In this document: piece after piece, positions 26,001 to 37,945 of the stretch
Position numbering within the stretch: the first letter of the stretch is position 1
Layout of the letters: each line of letters starts with the position of its first letter
Source of the DNA: Gnetum montanum
Taxonomy: Eukaryota > Plantae > Gnetophyta
Assembly: GCA_015680685.1 (NCBI GenBank)
Contig: MNCI01002140.1
Coordinates: forward strand, 189,797 to 253,796
DNA length: 64,000 bases
Direction: 5' to 3'
Notes under the pieces: model-generated
The model's input: only the letters and a program-made list of their open reading frames with translations
Told to the model about the DNA's origin: nothing
Database searches by the model: none
Position numbers and translations under genes: made by a program

Positions 26001-27419
26001 GTCTACTCCTTATCCAACCATCCAGAATCTCTACACTTGACAAACAATTTTCCATACTAGATAGGGTAGTGTTGGATTTCAAATCCTAGTTGTCCCAGGA
26101 CACCAACACACATATTGCTAATGGAAGTGAATTCCTTTATGGCTGTTTGAGCCATAGATAACATGTTCGTATCACCTTGGAGACCATCCGCATTGATAAA
26201 AAATATATGCCATAGAATAAAGACAACTATTTACACCCAACGCAAAATCAAATAGTAGTTAACACACCATAATACCTTGACAATACTTACCCACTGGCAT
26301 AATACACGGTGCCAGGTTGGTTCTGAAAATAGGTGGTGAGCTGACGAGCTATGAACAATGTGTTGTAGGCATGATAATAATTAAACTTGGGCATCTCCCA
26401 GATCCATCATAAGCATCTCAAACCCTTGACGTGCTGTTCACGATCCCTCCCACCTACGGCCTTGATTGATCCCTCCACTAGAAACGTTAAGATGTTCTGT
26501 GACAATCTGACTAGCAGCGTTTCTAGAATGGTCGACCGTCTCGGCCGACAAATGCAACCAAACATTTACGCTAAAGTTATGCAAAAAAAATTGTAAGAAC
26601 TCCCGTGTGCCCGTTCGGAACCAAACCGCCTCTCCCCCTACATGAACATGGGGAGGAGGAACGTTGGCCACAGGGACATTTAGACAACATAGAACACCCA
26701 CAATGTCCAAAACGATCAGGATAGGATTTAGTGTGATCCTTTACGATAAAACATATTACCATTAGAAAACAGTTTAGACATATTAACAACACCAAAATGA
26801 ATCAAAAATAAAAAAAACTCATGAGAATCCGTCATGCAACACTGAGGTTCTCGCTAGCTTGACTCCCAGAAAATCGCATGTTACGCTAGAGATGCACTAC
26901 CAAAGCCACCCAAACCCTTGCAACAGTGCAAGGTCTGTCTATGACAATGACGATATAGGTGATACGGCATATTACCCTAGCGTAACACATGACCATTACT
27001 AGCAAGACAACGAAATCCCATTTTTGCACTATGCAAAGGTATAACACCTAAACTCTTGACCAGTTACGCGTTATGTTTATACGACATTACCCATGACTAC
27101 CCAAACCCTTATGACAGTGTAAGGTCTGTCTCTGATAGCGGTGATAGGGGTAATGTTAAAAACTTTCACAACGTAACTATCAGAGGTGGGTGTCGACACC
27201 CAACGTAGTGTGCATTTTTGAAACAAATACAAATTACAGCACAATGATAGCAAAATGACCAAACGCATGTATCACACAAGGAAGGTGAAGAATGACTTAC
27301 TGGGCGAGTGGAGTAGCCTCCCAAGTTTTGACTTGCGCCTTCAAAATTTGCCCCAAACTTTCCTGTACTTCATCTATCCTAGTTAACTTGGTGTGTTTGC
27401 ATTCAGTCTTCAGTGCCAT
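23014..27419 (-). pseudogene. Antisense 8-exon accessory gene (~1,080 codons): FCP1/SCP-like HAD domain, plant-mobile/transposon-like domain, coiled coil, acidic His/Glu/Asp tail
   Basis: Exons 27419-27301, 26738-26291, ~26190-25930, 25823-24774, 24652-24386, 24296-24156, 24070-23252, 23172-23014. Six of seven GT..AG joins checked in frame (exon 3 acceptor unresolved). Stops are mostly CAG/CGA>TAG/TGA-type; two frameshifts (~26535, ~23470). Confidence 0.85.
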
Positions 27420-27979
27420 TGATCAACCTCAATAACCTCTGCAAAATCATTTACTTACGCTTTCCTTCTACTTTAGCCTAAATCAACCTCACTACATTTA
27501 CAGTTTACTTTGAGGAAGAACCATCTACTTATAAGCATGATGGTGAAAACTTGTTGTTTTCATGTCCGATCAACATGCAACTTTCCTGAAACGCAGGCAT
27601 GTCAGTTGACATGAAGCGTAATGATCGCACCATTAATCTCGTAGATATCGCATTGATGGCAGTCCAAAAAGACCCTAGACTAACACACAGCTTATCATCT
27701 CATAATCTAGTCTCATTAACTACGATTTCCAAAAAACCTAAATTAGCTATTTTGCCATGCTAGTCACACCACCTTATCCTTTTAGCTATAGTTTACGAGA
27801 ACTTTAATCTAACACCTAGGAAACCTCGCTTGCTATTGTATTACAAACTCTACATGTTGTAACGGTCTGCTAAGAACTTAAACTAGCATCCTTTTAGATA
27901 CGTACCTCTAAAGCCTTGTATTATTTCATCTTATTGACAAAAGCAATGTAACAATTTCCATTCTTGGTGGTTTTGCAAG

Positions 27980-30900
27980 TCAGTTTGCAAATGGATGAAG
28001 CTTTACTTGCACCCCTAGCCCTAACAGGCCCATATGAGAAAACTTTTAGACAGCCTAATCTTGCAATGATAGGAACCGATGCCTTCTCCTATGACATAAC
28101 CATAGTAGCCTTAGAAGTATCCCCAGACTGGCCAGAATATTTTGCCTGAACCCTAGACCTGGAGGCTGGCGATGTGATCGAGGATTCTCTCACTAAGGTC
28201 TCTGTGGTTAAGCACAAAGGAGAAAGAAAAACTCTAAAGGTTAGTTCCCTTCTTGACCAACAAACGTAGAGCGACATATCTCAAGTTCTCTAAAACAAAG
28301 TTATGGCATTTGCATGGTCATACGAAGAAATACCGGGTTTAGACCCGCAACTAGTACAACACAACATCATGTTAGACCCGCGTATCAAAGCAGTTAGATA
28401 GAAAGCATGGAAGATTAAGACCGAAATCGCATTGGCAGTGCATGATGAAATCACTAAGCTATATCAAGCTAGTTTCATCCACGTGGTTGATGCTTAGATT
28501 GGGTGTCAAACATTGTTGTCATTTCTAAGAAACAAGAGGAATACGCATCTGTATAGACTTTCGCAATCTGAACAAGACAACGATTAAAGACAATTTTCCA
28601 TTACCGAGTATTGACCAACTTATCGATACAACAGCTGAACACACTTTACTATCCTTTATGGATAGGTTTTCAGGGTACAATCAAATCTGCATCAACCCAG
28701 AACATCAACTGACTACAACTTTCATGACCCCCTGGGGAACTTTTTGTTATCCCATGATTCCTTTCAGGCTAAAAAACACTGGAGCAACTTATCAATGTGC
28801 CATGACATATATCTTTAGTGATTACCTCTTAGAGAGATTGAACGACTATGTATATGACATAGCTTTTAAATCTAAGAAGTCAGTAGATCATTTAGAGGAT
28901 TTAGAGCTAATCCTTAAACGATGTCTCAGGCACAACCTACGACTCAACCCAAGAAAATGCATGTTCGGAGTCAAAACCGGACTCATGTTGGGGTTTTTAG
29001 TATTAGAGGCTAGCATACAAGTTGACCCTGACAAAGTTAAGGCCATCGTTAACCTAGCACCACCTACAAACCTTAAATAACTACGTGGGTTGCAAGGAAG
29101 GTTACAATTTATCAGGAGATTCATCTCAAAGTTGACAGACAAATTACACCCCATGCAACATCTTCTCAAGAAGGGGGTTAACTTCGAGTGGACCGAGAAC
29201 TACCAGTGTGCTTTTGATGACCTAAAGAAAGAGCTGTTACATTTTCCAACAGTCTTCCTACCAAAAAGGGATCATCCTTTCTACATCTACCTGGCAAGTT
29301 CAGATGTGTCCATAGCTACGTTGCTATGTCAAAAGGGGAACGACGGGTCAGAAATCCCTATCTATTATCTAAGTCACGCTTTATTTGCATACGAAATGAG
29401 GTACAATGAAGTAGAGCATAACTATTTGGCATTTGTTTTTGTGCTCAAAAAATGTAGACACTATCTTTTCCGCAACCAAGTTAACATAATTTGCAAGAAC
29501 AAAATTCTATGGGCCATCATGAAAAATTTATACGAGAGTAGTAGGATAGCCCGATGGAAAGCCATCATAGCAGAATTTGACTTGCACTACATTGGCGAAT
29601 CTTCCACGAAAGGCCAAGTAATAGCCGATCAGCTCATAACATCACCTATTAACGATCAGGCCATGATAGAGCCTAAGTTTCCTAACGAACATGTACATAA
29701 CTTAAGCCCTGCATCAATAGGCCTCGAAGCGACATTACACTTTGATGAAGCTTCAACTACCAAAGGTGGCAGTGCTGCCGCTATCATCACACTTTCCCTT
29801 GAGGATGTTCTCCCATTCGCTTACCACCTGGCATTTCCTTGTATGAACAATGTGGTAGAATATGAGGGGCTCCTCAGGAGACTGTTAGCAGCCAAAGAAC
29901 TGAGCGTTCAACACCTAGCAATTCAAGGTAATTCGATGCTCATTGTCAATCAGATTACAAAAGTCTACACTTGCAAAGTCGTGCATCTGCAACCTTATTA
30001 CAATATGGCTAAAGATCTTCTAGAACAATTCACAATGACCGAAGTCTGACACGTTACACATAGTGAGAACATCATAGCTGATGCACTAGCTATGCTAGCT
30101 TTAAACATGTCACCACATTTGTTTACTACCTTGCCTACTTTAATGATGAAATTTACAGATCCTGTCACCCAAGTGGCGCAAATCTCTTCTCTATGTGTGG
30201 AAGGAACGCCAGAATGGTACGACAACATTAAAACCTACCTTCTACATGACGAACCACCACACGAGTTAACATCTGCACAAAAGGACGTAATTCGCAAGTG
30301 TGCCAGGCAATACGTCATCATCGATGACAACACTCTCTGTAGGTGCTTCTTTGATGGGGTATTGCTAACCTACGTTAACAATGACCAAGCACAAAGGATA
30401 GTTAGTGAAGTCCATGAAGGACTATGTGGAGGACACATAGCCCCGCGAGCCATGGCCGCTAAAATCAGACGCTTAGGGTATTGCTGGCCCTACATGGAAC
30501 ATGATTTCCTTACCAAAGTTAAGACATGTGACACATGCCAGCGTTATGCAAATCTAATACACGTGTCACCAACTGAGTTGCATACTACACAAATCACTTG
30601 GTCATTCCAACGATGGGGACTAGACATCATAGGTCCCATCACGCCTAAGTCTTCCATAGGACATAGTTTCATTATCACCACCACTGAGTACTTCACAAAG
30701 TGGGTTGAGGCTATTTCCCTACGAAAGACTACATCTCAATAGGTTTGTCATTTTATCTTGGATAACATAGTAACTAGGTTTGGGCTTCCCATGACTATTG
30801 TGACCAACAATGGGCCACAATTTAATAGCACCGAAACCAAATCATTCTGCAATAACCTTAGTATTAAGCAATCTTTTTCCTCACCTTATTACTCGTAAGA

Positions 30901-31436
30901 AAATGATCAAGTAGAAGCAACAAACAAGGTGGTTATCAATTTACTAAAAAAGATACTCAACAGCAACAAGAAACGATGGCATGATAAAATCCTCTACATG
31001 CTATGGGCCTATCGTATGATATGCAGAACATCTATGGGTAGGACACCCTACAGCCTAGTCTACGAATCTGAAGTAGTGTTTCCCCTTGAACTACAGGTTC
31101 CCTCACTATCCTCTCCATGGTTATAAATGAGACTCAACATAATGAGTCTAGGATTGTGGATCTAGACTCAGTGGAGGAGAAGCATATCCAGACACTTGAC
31201 AGCATCAAAAAATATCAGGACAAGTAGAAACAGAAGCATCATCGCAACTTGCATCAACGATTGATTAAGAAAGGAGACTTGGTCCTGAGCTAGTGAGCAA
31301 ATTCTCTGCAAGCTGGGAGGGCCCTTTCCTAGTCGTTAACGCATATGGTAATGGAGCATTCAGGCTAGCGAACATCAATGGCAATGAACTTCCAAATCCA
31401 GTGAATCATATGTACCTAAAGTGGTACCACATTTAG
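27980..31436 (+). pseudogene. pol: pol of element B: RT, RNase H, archaeal-type RNase H, integrase
   Basis: FAWSYEEIPGLDP, MDRFSGYNQI, YVYD (decayed YVDD), LHFDEAS...NNVVEYEGL (aRH), EVHEGLCGGH...CDTCQ, WGLDIIGP, EYFTKWVEA. Confidence 0.96.
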
Positions 31437-31467
31437 ACATTAGCTCAGCTCAAACGCAAGGTAACAA

Positions 31468-31865
31468 TCGTCTGTTATGACATAAAAATGGTGCTATAAC
31501 AAATGTCTGCTATGACATAAAATTGGTGGTGTTGTACACATTTGCTACGACGTAAAACTAGCATTTCTTGCATGCATCCATCACGATGCTAAACTAGCAA
31601 AACTTTTGACCGTCCTCCACAATGTGAAACTGGCAAGGTAAGCCTCCATCTACTGAGATGCTAAACCAACATAGATTTGTCCCTGGGTCATGACATAAAA
31701 CTAACACCCACAGCACGGTCTACTGGGACCATAAACTAGCTCCTCCACCATCCGCTATGACATAAAACTAGCACACTTCGGTCTACCCAAACTTTAAATC
31801 AGGACCATGGTCCGCTGGGACTTAAAACTAGCAACGACGGTCTACCAGGACCTAAAACTAGGATC
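31468..31865 (+). repeat. 3' UTR tandem array (GTCYGCTA(T)GACATAAAACTAGCA core)
   Basis: About 11 imperfect ~30-35 bp units after the integrase stop. Confidence 0.85.
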
Positions 31866-33086
31866 TACCAACAAACCATCCATGAAACAAGCAGACCTGA
31901 TCATTCTTGCACCACATCCCTATCAGACAGAACGGGTAGGGCGTTGGAACAGTAGCAATGCCACTACCCCCTGGGCATTCTACTGATTTCTCGGATATGT
32001 CGAAAGGCATACTAATGACCCCTCAGAGATGCTACTACAATGTTCACTCAGCAATTGCAGCTCCCAGGGTCAGCATCACCAATTGGAGCCCCAAGGAAAC
32101 TATGGTCACCCATAACCTTAGTTGCCTCCAACCGCCACCGCAACCAGACTCTGGCTTCGTAGATTCATCTAACTGGCTCCTCACCTACTCAGATGGATAA
32201 GATGAATCTAGCTGTCGATGATAAATTCCTAAGCTGTGGTGTCAACAAAGAGACCCTTTCCTTTTGCCACGGTCTCCTCTCTATCCCCCCCCCTTTTCAC
32301 TTCAGACGGCACTTGTTTCAACAGCCTCCCCAGCGATTAGGACAACTACTTTTGTCCTCTGTTGTTTGTTGCATTTTGTAGGTTTTGTGCTATGATAGCG
32401 TTGTTCAAAAATGCATTCACTGGGAGGGCAAGGCAACACACAGTTTTGAGGTGGCTGTTTGAACTAGCCTAACTGCTTGGAAGTGCAGACCCTGCTTTTT
32501 TCCCCTCCAGACACCTTACCTCACTTTTTCCCTTTCTTATCCTTGTACCTACCCTTACTTTCTCCTCCCACTTGTACCAAATGTAAAAGTACAAGGAGCC
32601 TTTCACACATGATAACTGTCACATCCATGAAATGGTGTAACACAACTCACCTCATAGAATGCATTTGTAGATAGGTTAAAACCTTATACAGACGTGACAT
32701 AGCTTTGCAAACACAAAAAAAGGGGGGGCAATGCTAGGAAAAATGGACGAAACACAACTCGTCCAGGCCATACGGGCATAACGCAACTCACCTAGGCAAG
32801 TCCCACATATACAATGCAACAACGTAACCCCTTGCAAAAACACCCATGAGAAGATATCTAACAACATGTGTGTGAAGTATCCTGTTCATGCTTGAGTCTT
32901 CCCCGAACCTCTCTCCCTCACACTTGTAAAGTCCCTATCCCATCCCCTATGCTCCCAACCTTCGCACTTCCAGGTTTGATAGGGCAACATCTAAGAAGCA
33001 ACCGATGAATGGTGTCGGCGTCCTTAGCTCTGCATTTTTTTGCATTCTTTGTTGACGTCTCTCGGTAAAGCCCTCCAAATGTCAAC

Positions 33087-33099
33087 AAAGAGGGGCCAT
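33087..33099 (+). promoter_or_regulatory. Polypurine tract of element B
   Basis: AAAGAGGGG-CCAT immediately before the 3' LTR. Confidence 0.75.
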
Positions 33100-34380
33100 T
33101 GAAACACCATGAAATTTCGAGACCTTGATGATTTAGCAAAGTCTCAAAGTTTAGGAAAGGATCTCCACAAGTGTAGTGTCAAGACATCTGAGCAATGGGA
33201 ACACCGAAAATAGTAGCACATCTTAGCAAGTTTTCTTTTTTTGGCTAAGGACCTACTACGCTACGCTACGCAGCTCAGCATAGCAGACTTCAGGAGGACA
33301 GAACAAAACAAGGGATGCACAGTGACAACACTTCAACTTTGCAAGTTAGCCATATGCCAAAAATCCTAACTTTTGGCATATTACACCACGTTATGCTATG
33401 TAGCATAACGTAGTGTAACACAAGCAACATAGTTGATTTAGCCACAACAACAAGGATAACAAAATTTAAGTAGTAGCAGTCATTATGCCATGATACGCTT
33501 CCCAACGTATCACAGCGCAGCCACAAGATAGTTTACTACCAAGACCTGGAAATCCTTCAACTCTAAAGACAAGGGTGATTACCCTACACTATGCTTCAGA
33601 GCGTAGGATAGCGTAGCATCACAAGCATCAACTACAGCACATCAGGTCAACAGAATTCTATAGGCCTAGGACATGTGTCATCTAAATCACGTTTTTCTCC
33701 TAACCCTAATCTTATAAATACCTCGGCATACAATGCTCAAAGAGTTGGCAATTTTGACAAAGATTGGTGAGAAGGCAAGAAAGAGTTGGCAATAAAAGAG
33801 CATCAATGAGGTAGAGAGAAGCTTTTGGCTAGAGATTTCAAGCTAGCAAACATTTTGCTTCAAGTTTGACTCCCTTGCACCCAAATTGGCTAGTGAACAA
33901 GGTAGATTGGCCTTTGCTTGTTTAATCTCTAAATAGCTTCTTAATGGTAGCGGATAGTTTGTCCAAACCGGAGTCCATTTGTAAATCCTGTTGTATTCAT
34001 CATATTTCTCTATAAGGTTGATCCTAGATCTTGAGATCGTGCATATTCCAAGTCCGATTCATTGCGCTCTGTTTACATTGAATATTACAATCATTTTGCA
34101 TAGTTTACATCGTCTTCATTTCCTTCAAGATTCGATCTTGGAGCAGATCTCATTTTCTCATCAATCTATATTATATTATATTCTCATATCAAATCATTGC
34201 CTCATTACACGATTGTTAACAAGTTTTCTAACTAAGTAAGTTCCTGTCTGATTGACAAGACTGTTCAGGGCACCTTGGATCTATTTTGTTCAGCATGGCC
34301 CTCACACGGATTCGGGGTTGTAACTGTGTACATGGAAATCCTCTTGGTGTTTCTAGCAACCAACATTTTCCATCATTACA
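33100..34380 (+). repeat. 3' LTR of element B
   Basis: TGAAACACC...CATCATTACA followed by TSD CCCAT. Confidence 0.95.
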
Positions 34381-36270
34381 CCCATGAGATCAAATCTTAG
34401 TGGCCGAGAGGTAACAATATCTCTCTCTCAATAGTAGCAATTCCCAGAAATCTCTAGGAACATAGCTACTTTTTTTATGCATTTGGAGGAGGGCAAGGGG
34501 GTAACTATCTTAGTGATCCAACATCATGGGGTAGGAGACAATGGTAGAGGTAATTTCTAACAAAATTACCAAATCATTAAATACACCTATGACATCTGTA
34601 CTAGACATTTCTACACTCAAAGATGTGTAGACATCTACAAAAATCCTTAGCAGTAGATTGACTGTAACCTAGCATGAAGAGTTGCTAGATCAATTGGTGG
34701 AAATAGGTAACCAATTCTAGATGTCTTTGACCTTCTAGATACAATCACTATAACCCAGTTGAAGTTGCTAGAAGTGAGGGGCAAATGCATCATATTGGAG
34801 GAACAACTTGAAATAGCTTGAGCTAAAAATCAATGCTTGGCTACGAAGGTTGTTGAATTAAGAGCCTACCTCACTAATCCCACATTTCTCAACCCTGCAC
34901 TAACATGTGATAAAGCTTTCAAAAAACTTGAAGACAAGCTCAAAAAGATTGAGAATGCAAAGGAAATGACTATCTTTGACTAGTCCATGGCCAATGTCAA
35001 AACATACACCATTCAAAAGAACTTGGTCTATTTACAACACGAGAATGTAATTATGATTGCAAAAAATCATCACCTACAAAATGTTGATGTGCAAAAGTAG
35101 CATATGCAAGATTTTATCCAGAAATAGTAGGAGTAGCTAGTCAAAGCAAACAATGAATTGAGGAGATTGGCAACAAAAAATAGAAATCTCTACATGGAGG
35201 AAGTTTGAGCCCTTCGCCAAAAATCTACAACAGAGATATCCACCTAGAAAAATGAATCTCTCACATTTGAGAGAGTTAAGAATCATTACAAAGATTAGGT
35301 TGATCTATAGAAAGAAATTAATGAAAGGCACATTCATATGGTGAAGGAAAAAATTAATGAGGTCCTTTAGTAACTCAAGGAAGGAGGTGATGTCTAGCAC
35401 CCTATCTTTGATGGGCTCAATAACTACAACAAAATGGAGATCCACATGAAAGAGATGCAAATCGAGGAGATGATGGAGTACATGGAGCTTTCCAATCTCT
35501 ATTATGCAAACTTGGTGATGCTAACTACTAGTAGGTCATGGTCAGAATTGGAGAAACAAGTGACTAACTCATACTTGTTGTATAAGATAGAGTTCAAGCA
35601 TCATAAAGAAACCAAGTAGAAGCTTGAGACTTCCAATGCTAAACTTGAGATTCTTAAAGCAAAGTTCACTAATCAATGATCAATTGCTAAGAACCTAACC
35701 AAGAGGATGAATGATCACTAGGACCTACACAATGCACTAAGAGTGTTTGATATTGAAAATAAATAGTTTGCTACCTAGTTTGTGAATGCTAAGGATTTGT
35801 TCCCTATAATGCCTTTTCCATGGAATATTCCCATTCCAACCCATATTGGTGATGCAGTGTGGACTATGAATGATCCCTAGAGTAAGAAGAAGATGATGAA
35901 GGCACTGTTGGATGCCTTTTGTCTTCCACTAAAAGTTGCAACTGCCACAAGTCAACCACAACTGCCTCAACCACTATGTGCACCTGAAGAAAGAGAAGGT
36001 CCTTCGAAGCCTCAGGAGCCTCCACCACCTAGGACCACTTGATCTTCTTCATTTTCTTCACACCATCAGAGGAATTATATTTGTTAGTTTTGTCTTAGTG
36101 TTTAATTTTGTTGTCTTAAATACCAAAATTTTGTAATCATTGTAAAACTGTACACTCTGGCTCTTAGTTTTTGTTGTGTTGTTTGTGTTTGTTTTGTAAA
36201 TTAATAATCCTATACCTTCCTAAATTTTGAAAAGAACTTGAAGATGAATTTTCATTCAATCATGGGGGTA

Positions 36271-37145
36271 TGATGATTTGCATGGTTTGGCCACATCAAT
36301 GGCATCCCATCAATGTGACCTCATTGATGGAATCTCGTCGATGTGATCCCATCAACATAGGTTCTCACCCATTGACATGTACTTGTCAATGGAACATCAT
36401 GTTTCCACCTATAAATGTGCACCTCACACTACAGTTACAACATTCCTTTCATAAGTTGTAGCCAAGCTCTAGCAGTTCTCTGATTCAAAAGTTAGAATAT
36501 TTTCTAAGTGCCTATAGTAGGAGTCAAGAGTATACAAATCTTTCTTAGCACTATTGTACCTAAGCACTTCAGTGTGTGAAACAATAAATATGAGATTTCT
36601 AATCAAACCTTGTAGCACTTAGACTAGATTAATTATTTCTTTAAGCATTTAACATTTTAAGAAATTTCCTTTAATGTCTTAAATAATTAAAGTAGTTAAT
36701 TAATATAAATTAAATAGTAAACATAAGTACGACCACTTTGAGCATACGTGTAATGCTTGGTAATCTTACTAATGCTTAACGTTTGGTAACCTAGTAGTGC
36801 TATACATGTTTAGGATGTGTATGACAAGAGGGAACTAATGCTTCTATTAGGATTAGTTAAGAGTTAGCTAGTTGTTAGATTACGTTAGCAATTAAATACC
36901 TTTATTTATTATTATTTATCCTTACATTACTTAAAACATAAAATGATAAACATCATATGCCTCAATTATACTTAACCATATCTTTGTACTTCATAAGTGT
37001 AGCTGGAAAGACAACGATTGCAATGTTAATTTCACCTCCTAGAGTAGTACACTAATGAAACCATAAGTCCTTTGAACTTGACCAGATCATGTGTCAATGC
37101 TAGTGATTCATATGGTTAGGCATAGGGTATACTCACCACTCATCA
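36271..37145 (+). repeat. 3' LTR of Athila-like element C
   Basis: PPT CATGGGGGTA|TGATGA... ends ...CACCACTCATCA; homologous to 55787-56550. Confidence 0.8.
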
Positions 37146-37945
37146 TACATTAACACATTAATATACATACTCCTTGCTATTGTCTCTAAAGCTTTACTAA
37201 TGGCTTCCTTCTATATCATTTAGTAGATTTTATTCTAGTTATTTCCTAGATGCTAATATGTGACATAAAATCAAGATTTAGAGCTTATGTAGGAAACGGA
37301 AGCAGATATAACAATTACAAATTTAATCAAGCATTGTCATTTTATCAATCTGTTACTTTTTTAATAAATCAATGACATCAAAACTTTCAATTAAAAATAA
37401 AGAAGTTACTTAACTCATAAAAGGATACTAAGAAAATTCTAAGGGTGTCATCATTTTGACCACATACAACTTATAACTTCTAAACATTTCCTAGGTCTCT
37501 AACTTATCAACTATAAAACCTATTTAAAATTTAATCATAATGCCATAAATCAAATCAATAATCGTACCAATCACATCATACAGAACATGAATCAAACATT
37601 CATCAATAACATGGATCATTGATCAATAAGAACTAAAATAACTTAGTCAACATAACATGCAACTAACAACATGGAACTAATAACATAGCATGGCATACTT
37701 GACATCGTACCCCTTCTGTACCAACTACTCTAGCTCATCATACTTGATTACAAAGTTCAACAAGATGACTTAGTGCATATATGAACGTCATAATCATAAA
37801 TATAAATCTTTCAAGAAAAATAAATCAATTTCAAAAGAGATAGACTATCATAAACACAAACTGACTAACCTCAAACACATGAACTCACATTAGTTAGACT
37901 TAAAAAATCACGTATCAAGACAATCAAAGTCAACTAAGATAGGGA

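Larger units (their letters stand above)
17286..34380 (+). mobile_element. Full-length Tat-lineage Ty3/gypsy LTR retrotransposon 'B' (17,095 bp)
   Basis: Paired LTRs 17286-18557 and 33100-34380; perfect 5-bp TSD CCCAT at 17281-17285 and 34381-34385; PBS, gag-PR, RT-RH-aRH-INT, PPT. Confidence 0.97.
16300..36270 (+). mobile_element. Athila-like element 'C', 3' internal region with decayed accessory ORF, split by insertion of element B (pieces ~16300-17285 and 34381-36270)
   Basis: KVNLPQLIYLEI...ALPFSCLIQKLC (16820-16930) and MQIEEMMEYMELSNLYYANL (35450) are homologous to 53500-55150; PPT TTCAATCATGGGGGTA at 36255-36270. Confidence 0.7.

Noticed and set aside
22600-27970. Independent nested transposon or host gene inserted into pol
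   Set aside because: No TIR, LTR, TSD or polyA seen, and a diverged homologue sits at the same position in element A.
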